Below are positions 50,101 through 58,498 of a stretch of DNA of 64,000 nucleotides, in pieces. Every line of letters starts with the position of its first letter. Position 1 is the first letter of the stretch. This DNA comes from a virus. A program made the position numbers and the translations under genes. A model generated the notes under the pieces. It was not told where the DNA came from. It was given only the letters and a program-made list of their open reading frames with translations, and searched no databases. Location: positions 8,506 to 72,505 of IMG/VR virus record IMGVR_UViG_3300002036_000001. One strand, written 5' to 3'.

Positions 50101-50906
50101 TATTAGATGAACTATTAATAAAAAATTCAAGTGAAGAAGGTAAGTTTTTTATATCTATGCCTAATTTAAGAAAATCAGTTTCTTTTAAAAATACTTTAAC
50201 AGATTCTTGGAAAGATTTATTAGAAACTAATCCTGAATTTGCAGAAAACTTAATTAAATATTCTTATTTAATAACAGGGTTTAATAATAATATAAATCAG
50301 TTTCATGAATATATTCCATATGAATGGTTTAATAAAAACAGATTTAACAGTTATTTAAAAACATTATCTTTAAATGAAAATAGTATAGATAGTAATTTTA
50401 TAGATCAGTTTTTTAGACATAACTTCGATGATGGAAGTATTATTAAGAAAGTATTTCCTAAACAAGTTACTACTTTAGAAGCCACAGATGGATTTAGAAC
50501 AGGGTTTATAAATAAGAATGCTGGAAAATCTCCTTATCTAACTAAATTAGAGATTCAAACTGATTTTGAGACTATAACTAGGTATTATAAATTACAAGGA
50601 TATAATAAGGCGGATAAAGCCGTTTATGTTAGAACTAGTTTATTAGGATTTAAAGATAAAAAAGGTAATAGATTTTTTGAATATAATGTAAATAATAATA
50701 CTACTAAACCTGTAACTAGTATAAATGAAAATAATTTAATAAATAGTAATCAAATTAATGTTGAGTTATTAAACGAAATAAAGGAAAATGAAGATATAAT
50801 AAATTATCATGAAGATAGTTTTGTTGTAAAGAATAATTTATTAGGAGAAGAAACAATAATAGAAAATGATGGAGATCTTTTAGAAGATAATCCATCTAAA
50901 TGTTAA
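44196..50906 (+). CDS. Virion-packaged single-chain DNA-dependent RNA polymerase (double-psi beta-barrel type)
   Basis: GSDFDIDK catalytic motif at 48156-48173, GYRIPNQG upstream; about 2.2k aa like the phi14:2 gp66 family. Likely start ATG 44196 (TAATG coupling); track start 44184. Confidence 0.9.
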   Translation: MSCIRLTRTNQEESRLFNKLLEIVKDENTAEEMYIYFHTQDFFDIFGNYIENFHSVNQDSTILDRVDENQEPSLYLNKKLNKYYFLDKNNEPVYYPYTRQGLGQVLQTNDIKLFAKTLALQFYKKNVEFDYNNLSFNATTNQTLSSFIKEFLDSKVEELSNSDNVDHLVKGIALNETKNNLNEWKEEVKNYFNSLKVDYNIKEKESIKEQEESINDSLMRQESFLKSSKDNVNNNIKLFLSLIESKEINDFNENSFIEFDDIYATLNKAFSNEVAVHDNQGQLEDLFEIFLSKILKLSNQKPYFKDLHEYLSSSKISERFKNQFVSAFRLNKNNYLGSEINNNEGVITYDVKNLSEVGTRKSNLTNQWFFNFKQNRFSENSIKSIIAKSNIFSKDLIKNFKNIKEIKDLNIHKSNLKDLLKEIGVSTSERGLNFYINGLEYSETSLENKKQVLINTFSNINRALESYSDTNSLNNIFNTQNIFKKIAEAESFFVKEGSDASVFTIGKTKWVYSTPSYLDNKIEMWKKDPQLLKKHYNSTPYSKGSHYMEYLLGLDVNEESRNEVSKERLSKIELGVFNSIQQQGNSNNASDNKSLSYTDSLVDYVNKLLAFRKGGKVYHKTALAADKSTEYQIFYGNDSNYFNILSNADFDSNINEIKVNDYVLDIFYKYFKSEYERMSYEYDFILNNSEEKLLPNYHTGNRNALKSQLFPSLSISFENNEVVLPSNNLNLYDNNGKPLFTNLDEIKDSIKKEIATSLNRGIKETYDSLFENGLIEFNKEGKKENKAIDSNIYNKYITDSSINKAPLQIAADVFINSVISQVEYSKMFTGDVAYYKNIVDYKKRVPATYTDGKYMRLKTGEETFNASIIESVEVPVPSLNELEKILPKEIYSKYKEVNSTDAQAWVTPQRWKFLMERLGKWNNQSATIYDKFFQSNPIFTNKELKLLAQPVKGVYFDVIDGRPAFLKYSQAVLLPNLIKGTGLEILYNKMTKDSTGKDLPYKDQIHELITKDGIKVGYPTPSKVHDANGDVLLNSELNKLKLNNFGWKLQQDLPIKGVKQTEVGSQIQKNIFQGLIYNLEKEFLLGDKKLTGNELIDHINDLVNTLSNTGKLSLINKLGIDSDNKISNENILYSSLISQLKKRNDVPSNFLKALESNISPYGIPGGFQMFQNTFSSLVNKELVKIKTNGGSFIQMADFGLSKDEATDQGVIFTPWFEENKLSTPKLIKDENGNDVIAPGGIFLTGSLISKYIPDYKKYTSEELFGENGKIDKEILTNIIGYRIPNQGLPSNDSLQVMGILPEEMGDTVIAYTGITTKTGSDFDIDKMYLMIPSFDVNYTKSEEDKVLQYIKDNDITNEEIKEELTAIGYSNVENMSIPLLKGIFIQDVILNGTSEESAFYDDFRANYPLKSADKLEYSRPLKDSEGVEFPLHEQPKSVIQNKLIESYKSVLTNPEVISDIMNPIDVDYIKDDIKNLLKEDSNNNLSDFSAISDLKLKNDFMLGKAGLGQNVNSLVDSVRGGMANLFFNDHYIGWGLSNENDNTHFDNEYSEELSKTDILDYVKSFNENISKEELKITKEDVEKLSKVKLGESMMALVNGFVDIAKDPYIVQSNWVTQTNNIGFMLLRAGVHPFYVNSFLAQPILKEYVAFKNNKESKTVNDTSNIEDKFKLKKASDLVDTEVVSINENSFSKRNIFKSIVTPDKLQKLGSIAQDDYQKKKVSFINDISKDLIKKFKITNQELKFDPELQDKIDELNRELLKSYSEIFESELTDFNTLNLKDLRDQIKVSSNTSIQLTILDKFLKWQETAKLLTKSVNASKIDVNGKGKNITSLITSNNLIENLLEQSEDEGGLNGFQSKLIRNNKSTILNTYKENSIDFIYDVMRANPKYFLGASNSVVSTFNTISDYIYGKSLESTALADKLEKSHYSYIMSGFPPFVLSKEEKLKLLDELPKQLSELKENPNTDNVLLDELLIKNSSEEGKFFISMPNLRKSVSFKNTLTDSWKDLLETNPEFAENLIKYSYLITGFNNNINQFHEYIPYEWFNKNRFNSYLKTLSLNENSIDSNFIDQFFRHNFDDGSIIKKVFPKQVTTLEATDGFRTGFINKNAGKSPYLTKLEIQTDFETITRYYKLQGYNKADKAVYVRTSLLGFKDKKGNRFFEYNVNNNTTKPVTSINENNLINSNQINVELLNEIKENEDIINYHEDSFVVKNNLLGEETIIENDGDLLEDNPSKC

Positions 50907-50909
50907 AAT

Positions 50910-53900
50910 ATGAGTTGTAATATAAAAATAAATACATTAAACCTTTTAAGAGAGAAAGGAGTAATAAATGAGAAGAATGAAGTTATTAAATTAACTGACT
51001 TTAACAAATTAAATAAATTATTGTCTCAAACTGTATTTAATACATATGGTATTGGAAATAATAAGACAATGTTATTTAAAGTGGTATCTGAGTATAAAGT
51101 TCAAAATAAAAAGGTTAGGAGTGTACTAAAAGCAATTCCTAATCTAGATATTTTTAATATTTTAGACAAGGCTCCTGATACTTTAGATGATGAATCTTTA
51201 AGTATAAAAGACCTTACAAAAGAAAAAGAATTAGTATTAAATAATGATTTAAATGAAAAGTTAATAATTGATAAAAATACTAGTACTCAATATTCAAAGA
51301 ATTTATCAACTGTAAATGAATTTATATTATTAAATAATACTTACGACCAACAATATAAAGCTACAGAGATTCTAGATAATATTATTTTAAATTACGATAA
51401 CTTTTCAGAAGATAGTAAAATACTACTAGAAAAGGCTAAAATTCTTCTTAAATCTACGGATGCTACAGTAATGTTTATAGATAAAGATACAATGGGAGAA
51501 GGTACTTTTATGAGGTATGTACCTTCTATAAATAGTATACAAATAAATTTAAATACTATAAGAAGCTCTAGTACTGATTTTGTAATACACGGATTTCTTC
51601 ATGAGGTTGTACATAGTGTAACTGTACAATCCTATCTTAGACCTATAAGTTTAGAACAAAATATGTTTAAAGACTTTATTGATGAAGCATTTGAATTTTA
51701 CAAGAATGAATCATATTATAGAGATTACTATGGTTTTTCAGAACCAGTTGAATTTATAGCTGAAATATTTACTAATATACAATTTCAAAAGGAGATAAAG
51801 AAAATAGATAAAAAATATACTAACAAATCTTTCTTTAAAAAATTAACTGATTTCATTAGAATAGTATTTGGATTAAAAAAGAATTTAACAATAGATAATA
51901 AAAAAATAAATTTTAATAATCTAATAGAATCTATTGTAGATGTTTCTAAATCTAATAATACAGATTTATTATCTAAACTTCTAGCTACTAAATCATTTGC
52001 TATAAAAGTAGATCCTAGTAAATTAAATACTGATTTTACTACATTAGATAATAAATTAGATAATTCTATAGATAAAATACAAGATAGTATAAAATCTAAT
52101 ATTAATAATTACAAATTCTTAACAAAAGTAATTAAAGATAAAGGTAAAGTAGAGAATATTGAAAAATATATAGAATCTTTAGAACAATTAAAGATAAAAA
52201 TAAAATCTTTTAGTAAAGAGAATAAGATAAAAGCTGTATCAACTTTTGTAAAGAAGATGGCAAGCAGTATGGAATATGTTAAAAATCAACTTGATAATAT
52301 TGATTATGATAATCAAGAACAAGTTATGAATACTGTAAAAGTTTATAATAACTATTTAAATACTTACTCTGTTGTTAATGAATTACAAAAGTTATTAACA
52401 GATATAAGAGAAGATAGATCTCAAACAGTAGTAGAACCAGAAGAATTAAATGAAATAGAAGAACAAGTTATTTCCGCTAAAGGTCAATTTTCTTTTCTTG
52501 AGGAAAGAATTTATTCTATTATGAAAAATGGAATGTCTGTATATTTAAATGATATTAAATATTTCCCACAGATAGAAAAGAAACATAGAGATAGGTTATA
52601 TAAAGAACATAGGCAAAGTCAAATACCACAAGATAAAGAAACTTGGGTTGCAAAACAATTACAAAATAGAGATAAAGAACTTGTACAAGAAGATTTAACT
52701 AAAAAAATAGATGAATTAATTAATAACCCATCTTTTGATATATATGCTGCTGATGTTACTATGAGTTCTGCAATTAATGTTAGTTCTACTTTAATACAAA
52801 TAATGAATCAAATGTTATTTGAAATAGATAATAGAAGAATAGAAGTAGAAAGAAAAAAAGATGTAGAATTTAAGAATTTATTTGATGAACTTGTTAAATC
52901 TAAAGGAACTAATGATATTAAAAAACTTTATTCTAATATATTAGATTTTGATAAAGATGGTAAACCTTATCTAAAAGGTAAATATAAAATAGATTTTTAT
53001 ACAGATGTTCATAAAAAAATAAATGATATTCGTAATGAATATAGAGAATTGGTAAAAAGTAAAAAAGAAGAACTAGTAAAAGTAAAAAATTTAGTAGGAG
53101 AACAAGATCCTTCTTATTCTGCTATTCAAAGAGATATAAAAGAACTAGTAAAGAAGAGAGTCCAACTAATTAAAAAAATAGAGAAAGAGAATTTTGAAAA
53201 GAATAGTAAAGGTAAAATAACTAAGATAAAAGACAAATGGTTAAATGATAATTCATCATTATCTGAAACAGAGGAAAAAGTTAGAGATTTCTTTGAGGGT
53301 ATTTTAGAAACAAGTAGTAAAAATACTTATAGTCAAGATTCTTTAATTACTTATAGTTATGGTACTAAATTTTATGAATTACCTAAGATAACTAAATCAG
53401 ATACAGAAAGAATATGGACAGATTTAAATGTAGATATTGTTAAAGATAAATGGACAGATTTAACTACTGTTAGACCTGATGATGTAGGTTATTCTTCTAA
53501 AAATACAGATTTAGAAAATAATGAAATAAATAAATTAAGAATTCACTATAGAGATAGAGGAGGAAAGTTTGATAATAAGCAACAATCATTAGATTTAATG
53601 ACTGTAATGAGATTAGAGTATAAAAATGGTAATATGTATAAAGTAAGAAAAGATACTGAATTAGAGTTAAAATTCTTATTAGATATTGCAAAAAATAAAA
53701 AATATTATCAAAAAGAAGGTACTCAAAAGGTATTAAATCTTAGAAGTAAAAAGCTTAATATTGTAGAAGGTAAAGATACTAATACATTTAAAATGATGTC
53801 TAATATTATGGAATCTAGATTTTATGATATGATGAATAAAAATAGTGTTAAATTAGGAAGTGTTGATTTAAATAAGGCTGTACAATTTATTAATAATACT

Positions 53901-55214
53901 AGCGGATTTCTTACACTTTCTTTAAATATTGCATCAGGTACAGCCAATGTTGTAAATGCAAATGCACAAGTATTTTTGGAATCATTTTTAAAAGGTCAAT
54001 TTATTAAAGCTAAAAGTGTAGCAAAAGCTAATAAAATATATGCTGCTAATATGGCTGATAATATTAAAGACATTAGAAATCCTATTAATACATCCTTTGT
54101 TAATCAAGTAAATGAAATATTTAATATACGAGGATTATTTAATTTGTCAGATGCTAACTTTTTAAAGAGTGATTTGATTAAAGCAGGACTAAATACAGAG
54201 TCTTTACAAGTGTTTCAAGATTCTGGTGAACATTGGATCCAATCTACAATTTCAATGGCTGTATTGGACGGTATTAAGGTTATGGATGCTAATAATAATT
54301 ATATAAATAAAATTGGTAAAATAGTTTCAGATAAAAATAAAGCTGCATCTTTATTAGATATGATGATTCAAGATAAAGATACAGGATTAGTTACTGTTAG
54401 TGATAAAGTAGTTTATACTACTCATTCTAGAGTTAGTAAATGGAATGAAGGAGGTAAAGAAAAAGTAGATATGCTTATAAAGAAAAAACTTTATGACAGT
54501 ATTGGTAACTATACTGAGACGGATCAACCTGATATTATGAGACATTGGTATGGTAAGTTATTAATGCTTTATAGAAAGTATTTAGTACCTATGGGACAGT
54601 CTAGGTTAAGAGGTATAGAATATGCCTTTAGAAGTAAGGAAAACATGACTGATGATGAGAAAAGATTTAGTTATGCTTTACAAGAAGATGAAGAAGGTAC
54701 ATATGTAAGTTTAATTAGATATTTTGCCCAATCTATAAAAGATAAAAAATTCTATATTTTATCTAAATCAAATTGGAATAAATTAAGTGATTATGAAAAA
54801 CATAATATAAAGAGATCAGTAGTAGAAATTATTATGACCTCTGTAGTTCTTCCATTAGTTACTACTTTAGTAAAAAGTATAGCTGCTAATGATGACGATG
54901 ATTACATATTTTTCCTAGCTTATCAGTTAAGAAGATTAGAAACAGAACTTTCTCAATATAGAGATTTAGGAGAATCTTTTAAAATGATGAGGTCTCCTAT
55001 ACCTTCTGCTAGACTATTAGAAACAGGTAGTAGTATAATTATGGATGTATTTAATCCATTTAAATGGGATGAGACATATAAATCTGGACATAATAAAGGA
55101 AAGAACAAATTAAAAACTAGAATTTTAAAACAACTTCCTGTAGTTAAGGAGTTCCAAAGAACATATGAAGATTTATTTGAGTATCAGCAGTCAAGTTGGG
55201 GTACAGGTCTATAA
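50910..55214 (+). CDS. Giant cargo protein with zincin-like HExxH domain (1434 aa)
   Basis: GFLHEVVH at 51600-51614 plus VEFIAE; last gene of the plus-strand block. Confidence 0.7.
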   Translation: MSCNIKINTLNLLREKGVINEKNEVIKLTDFNKLNKLLSQTVFNTYGIGNNKTMLFKVVSEYKVQNKKVRSVLKAIPNLDIFNILDKAPDTLDDESLSIKDLTKEKELVLNNDLNEKLIIDKNTSTQYSKNLSTVNEFILLNNTYDQQYKATEILDNIILNYDNFSEDSKILLEKAKILLKSTDATVMFIDKDTMGEGTFMRYVPSINSIQINLNTIRSSSTDFVIHGFLHEVVHSVTVQSYLRPISLEQNMFKDFIDEAFEFYKNESYYRDYYGFSEPVEFIAEIFTNIQFQKEIKKIDKKYTNKSFFKKLTDFIRIVFGLKKNLTIDNKKINFNNLIESIVDVSKSNNTDLLSKLLATKSFAIKVDPSKLNTDFTTLDNKLDNSIDKIQDSIKSNINNYKFLTKVIKDKGKVENIEKYIESLEQLKIKIKSFSKENKIKAVSTFVKKMASSMEYVKNQLDNIDYDNQEQVMNTVKVYNNYLNTYSVVNELQKLLTDIREDRSQTVVEPEELNEIEEQVISAKGQFSFLEERIYSIMKNGMSVYLNDIKYFPQIEKKHRDRLYKEHRQSQIPQDKETWVAKQLQNRDKELVQEDLTKKIDELINNPSFDIYAADVTMSSAINVSSTLIQIMNQMLFEIDNRRIEVERKKDVEFKNLFDELVKSKGTNDIKKLYSNILDFDKDGKPYLKGKYKIDFYTDVHKKINDIRNEYRELVKSKKEELVKVKNLVGEQDPSYSAIQRDIKELVKKRVQLIKKIEKENFEKNSKGKITKIKDKWLNDNSSLSETEEKVRDFFEGILETSSKNTYSQDSLITYSYGTKFYELPKITKSDTERIWTDLNVDIVKDKWTDLTTVRPDDVGYSSKNTDLENNEINKLRIHYRDRGGKFDNKQQSLDLMTVMRLEYKNGNMYKVRKDTELELKFLLDIAKNKKYYQKEGTQKVLNLRSKKLNIVEGKDTNTFKMMSNIMESRFYDMMNKNSVKLGSVDLNKAVQFINNTSGFLTLSLNIASGTANVVNANAQVFLESFLKGQFIKAKSVAKANKIYAANMADNIKDIRNPINTSFVNQVNEIFNIRGLFNLSDANFLKSDLIKAGLNTESLQVFQDSGEHWIQSTISMAVLDGIKVMDANNNYINKIGKIVSDKNKAASLLDMMIQDKDTGLVTVSDKVVYTTHSRVSKWNEGGKEKVDMLIKKKLYDSIGNYTETDQPDIMRHWYGKLLMLYRKYLVPMGQSRLRGIEYAFRSKENMTDDEKRFSYALQEDEEGTYVSLIRYFAQSIKDKKFYILSKSNWNKLSDYEKHNIKRSVVEIIMTSVVLPLVTTLVKSIAANDDDDYIFFLAYQLRRLETELSQYRDLGESFKMMRSPIPSARLLETGSSIIMDVFNPFKWDETYKSGHNKGKNKLKTRILKQLPVVKEFQRTYEDLFEYQQSSWGTGL

Positions 55215-55225
55215 ATCAAAGGTCT

Positions 55226-55270
55226 AAAAAAAAGATAAAGAGCAGTTTCTATATGATTCTGCTCTTTTTA
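55226..55270. terminator. Bidirectional rho-independent terminator between the convergent blocks
   Basis: Stem AAAGAGCAG (55237-55245) / CTGCTCTTT (55259-55267), A-run before and T-run after. Confidence 0.8.
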
Positions 55271-55524
55271 TGTAAAATATTTTTAATCCTTAAATTTTTT
55301 TAAATATGAAAAAAAAGGAAAACTAAGGAAGTTTTTCACTAAATACGGTAAGCTTTACAATAGATTTAAAGATGAAATAATGTTATTTATCAGAGTAACA
55401 TTTTTTTTCGTTAAAAATCTTTTTTTTACTTAAAAAGTGAAAACAACTCTAATCAAAGTGATTAGTTTTAATTGTTTAATTCGGCTTGTTGTTTCCCCAA
55501 CAAGCCTTGTAGTTATTTTACATA

Positions 55525-56355
55525 TTATCTTCTTCCTTTAAATTCTGGATATAATTCTTTTGCACTATCTGATTGCCACACTTCTTTAGTATCTATATCC
55601 ATTACAGATAAATATCCAAACCAACCTGCTCCTGTATCTAAATTCCATATATTTGCAGCATTCATTGGAAAATCTTCTTCCCAGAATTGTGTAGAAGTAT
55701 GTCCTATATAAACTTCTTTAAATTTCTCTATCATTCTAAATTTAGGTTTCCACCTTTCATCTCTTCCTGTAGGATTACCTGACATAGCTTTAAATGATAA
55801 AGCTTGTTTCCATAAAATTCTATCCCACCAAAAAGTATAATCTGATTGATCTTCTAAATAAAAATTTCTATCAAATCCCCCATGTATAAATAGTCTATTC
55901 TCAGAATCTCTATAATAAGGAATCTGTTCTTTAAAGAATATTTTATGTGATAAAGGTACATGTATAGGTTTTAGAGTTTCAACTACCTCTTCTCCTAGAC
56001 CAGGTCTTTTTATATATGTAAACCAAGGAAGTTCAGGATCTATATGTTTTAAATAAGATAATCCTGTTTCTTTCTGTCCTTGTTTCCATCTAGTAGGATT
56101 AATGCCAGTTTCTATCCATTCTCTAAACCAATCATCATGATTTCCTTTTACTTTTATTAGATTTTTTATTTTTAGTAGTTCTTCTACTACTTCATAGCTT
56201 TCACTATGTCCATCTACTACATCTCCTAGAGATATTAAGGTATCATTATTATAATCAAAATTTGCTCTCTTTAGAACTTGTTTTAATGCTTTATAATTAC
56301 CATGTATGTCACCCACACAAAGTGTTCTACCTATTTTTGTGTTATTGTTTTGCAT
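55525..56355 (-). CDS. Calcineurin-like metallophosphoesterase (PPP/lambda phosphatase-like)
   Basis: GDIHG, GDVVD, GNHD, HGG, GHT, DTGAG motifs. Confidence 0.9.
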   Translation of the reverse strand: MQNNNTKIGRTLCVGDIHGNYKALKQVLKRANFDYNNDTLISLGDVVDGHSESYEVVEELLKIKNLIKVKGNHDDWFREWIETGINPTRWKQGQKETGLSYLKHIDPELPWFTYIKRPGLGEEVVETLKPIHVPLSHKIFFKEQIPYYRDSENRLFIHGGFDRNFYLEDQSDYTFWWDRILWKQALSFKAMSGNPTGRDERWKPKFRMIEKFKEVYIGHTSTQFWEEDFPMNAANIWNLDTGAGWFGYLSVMDIDTKEVWQSDSAKELYPEFKGRR

Positions 56356-56402
56356 AAAATAATTTTTTATAATTCATACTTTTACTAATTTTCTTATATA
56401 CC

Positions 56403-56537
56403 TTAATAAGGTATAAAAAGGTTAGTGGGATTATTTTTTTGTACGTCAATATTAGGAAAATTTTTTTTAAATTCTTGCATATTAAACGGACTTGTAATTA
56501 TATGAATACCTGTTTTTGAAGGTATTTCACAAATTAT
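56403..56537 (-). pseudogene. Orphaned 3' fragment of a phage gene
   Basis: Open 44 codons IICEIPSKTGIHIITSPFNMQEFKKNFPNIDVQKNNPTNLFIPY*, preceded by an in-frame TAA; the nearest ATG (56544) is out of frame. Confidence 0.5.
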
Positions 56538-56545
56538 TTACCATA

Positions 56546-56866
56546 TTATAAAAATGTTGAAAAATAAGCACCTAAAACAAATCCTATAGTACTAGGTATA
56601 GGAAATATATAATTTCTACCTAGTTTTGTTTTATACTTATTTCTGTTTAATACTTTACTTTCTAGTTGCTTATGTATAAAATAAACAATTGTTAATAATC
56701 CTCCGTATTTAAAGTTAGTATTAAGTAAAAATAGTGATACAAATGCTATCACTATTCCACTTGTAAAACCAAATAAGAAGTTAATTACAGAATGCTGTAA
56801 AATTTCTCTCCAAGAAACATCTTTTGCATCCATTAAATCTCTTTTTTTTACTAAAAATTTTGTCAT
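56546..56866 (-). CDS. Small multi-pass membrane protein
   Basis: Three hydrophobic segments in 106 aa. Confidence 0.65.
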   Translation of the reverse strand: MTKFLVKKRDLMDAKDVSWREILQHSVINFLFGFTSGIVIAFVSLFLLNTNFKYGGLLTIVYFIHKQLESKVLNRNKYKTKLGRNYIFPIPSTIGFVLGAYFSTFL

Positions 56867-56867
56867 T

Positions 56868-57077
56868 TTATAAACTTTCTATTTTTTTATTTTCTTTTAA
56901 TAACATATTAAATTTATTATTAAATAATTCATTTAATTCTCTACAAAAAATAATCGTCTTACCTGTAGTATAGAATTTCTCAAATCTCTTAACTAATACA
57001 AAACAGTTAGAACATTGTCTAACTGTTTTACAAGAGTTAATTATTTTAACTATTTTTAAAAATAATTTATTTTCCAT
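56868..57077 (-). CDS. Hypothetical protein (69 aa)
   Basis: Packed ORF; KIINSCKTVRQCSNC. Confidence 0.65.
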   Translation of the reverse strand: MENKLFLKIVKIINSCKTVRQCSNCFVLVKRFEKFYTTGKTIIFCRELNELFNNKFNMLLKENKKIESL

Positions 57078-57592
57078 TACAATTCTTTTATTAATTTAGG
57101 AGTATAATCTATAACCTCACAACTTACATTTTTATATTTAGGATGAGGTACTTCTTTATCACAACCATTTACATAATCCCATTCATATGTTTTTATAGTA
57201 TTTTCATGAACATGTCCATGAATATTATAACTAAATCTATAGTCTAATTCATTAGGATGAATAGGACAATGAGTAAGTATATACTTTTTTTTATAATTTA
57301 TTACTCCTGATACACTATTAACATATTTTAATAATTCAGTTATATGTTGTCGCATATCATGATTTCCTAGTACTACATGTTTTATACCTTTTAATTTATG
57401 TAACAATTCATATCCCTCCTTTTTTTCCATAGTTATATCCCCCAATATATAGGTTACATCTTTTTTATTGACTACTTCATTCCACTTTGAAATAATATAG
57501 TCATTCATTTGTTTTACATCTTTAAAACCACGTCTTTTAGCCATATTCACATGATTAAAGTGTAAATCTGATATAAATCTTACATTTGCCAT
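57077..57592 (-). CDS. Metallophosphoesterase (small phage type)
   Basis: SDLHFNH, LGD, GNHD, HCP, HGHVH motifs. Confidence 0.9.
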   Translation of the reverse strand: MANVRFISDLHFNHVNMAKRRGFKDVKQMNDYIISKWNEVVNKKDVTYILGDITMEKKEGYELLHKLKGIKHVVLGNHDMRQHITELLKYVNSVSGVINYKKKYILTHCPIHPNELDYRFSYNIHGHVHENTIKTYEWDYVNGCDKEVPHPKYKNVSCEVIDYTPKLIKEL

Positions 57593-57603
57593 ATTTTACT
57601 TTT

Positions 57604-58494
57604 TTATATTTTTAAATCTCCAAATTTAACATTATTAATAAATACCTTAAAAAATCCAGTATTGAATTTACTCATAATCTCTTTATAGTTTTCTATAATA
57701 AAATCAGGAAACCATCTGTTTGCCATAGTAGAGTTTACATTCATAATAGATCTCATAAATAATTCTTTTAAATCTTTTTCTTTTAAAGAAACATTTTTAG
57801 AATATAAAGGAATTATAAATTCATTTAAAGTATCTACATATAATCTCTCTAAAGATGCATTAATTTTTTCTATATCTGAATATCTATCCCATACACTTCT
57901 ATATAAATACCCACTTTCAGGCATACTCATCTCTAAATAAACAGATTTATTATTCTCTGTAACAATATTGTACAGATCTTTTTTTAAGGTTTTATCTATA
58001 TTTTTATACTTATAAGGATTTATATTCATCCCAGGATATTTAAAAAATATATGAATAAAGTTATTTGAAAATGTTCTTATTTGATTTTCTACTGTTTTAT
58101 CTTGATCTTTTAATGTATTAATAAATTTTTCTTTTGTATTTATATAAGAATTTAAAATTCTTTCCCATTTATAAATATCTGAATGGATTTTTCTTACTTT
58201 TAATAAGTCAAATATATAATTAATAGTAGGATTTGCAATTTTAAAAACTTTATCATCTGAAAATGTATTTTGTAATAATTTTTTTAAACTCGCTGAACCG
58301 TTTGTATTAATTAATAAAAAAGAATATTTGTCATTAACATATGAACTCATAAAAGTATTTATTCTTTTTTCTTCTTTAAGTTTTAAAGTATCCTCTATGT
58401 AGGATCTATGCTGAGGATGATATATTATTTCTATCTGTTTTACTATACTATCTTTTTTTACTTCTCTAGAAGCTACTTCTCCAATTACTAACAT
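57604..58494 (-). CDS. Hypothetical protein (296 aa)
   Basis: Long ORF in the minus-strand operon; no motif recognised. Confidence 0.7.
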   Translation of the reverse strand: MLVIGEVASREVKKDSIVKQIEIIYHPQHRSYIEDTLKLKEEKRINTFMSSYVNDKYSFLLINTNGSASLKKLLQNTFSDDKVFKIANPTINYIFDLLKVRKIHSDIYKWERILNSYINTKEKFINTLKDQDKTVENQIRTFSNNFIHIFFKYPGMNINPYKYKNIDKTLKKDLYNIVTENNKSVYLEMSMPESGYLYRSVWDRYSDIEKINASLERLYVDTLNEFIIPLYSKNVSLKEKDLKELFMRSIMNVNSTMANRWFPDFIIENYKEIMSKFNTGFFKVFINNVKFGDLKI

Positions 58495-58498
58495 ATTA

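Noticed and set aside
863-53691. Numerous minus-strand ORFs of 60-141 aa under the plus-strand genes (e.g. 3779-4039, 21343-21699, 37487-37912, 41484-41885)
   Set aside because: Fully antisense to well-supported genes, F/L/S/I-rich composition typical of shadow frames, no motifs.
55306-55433. Possible 42-aa peptide if the A8 run after ATG 55306 were A9 (phase variation)
   Set aside because: Lies downstream of the terminator, has no promoter or motif support, and such frames arise easily in AT-rich DNA; would need read-level evidence.
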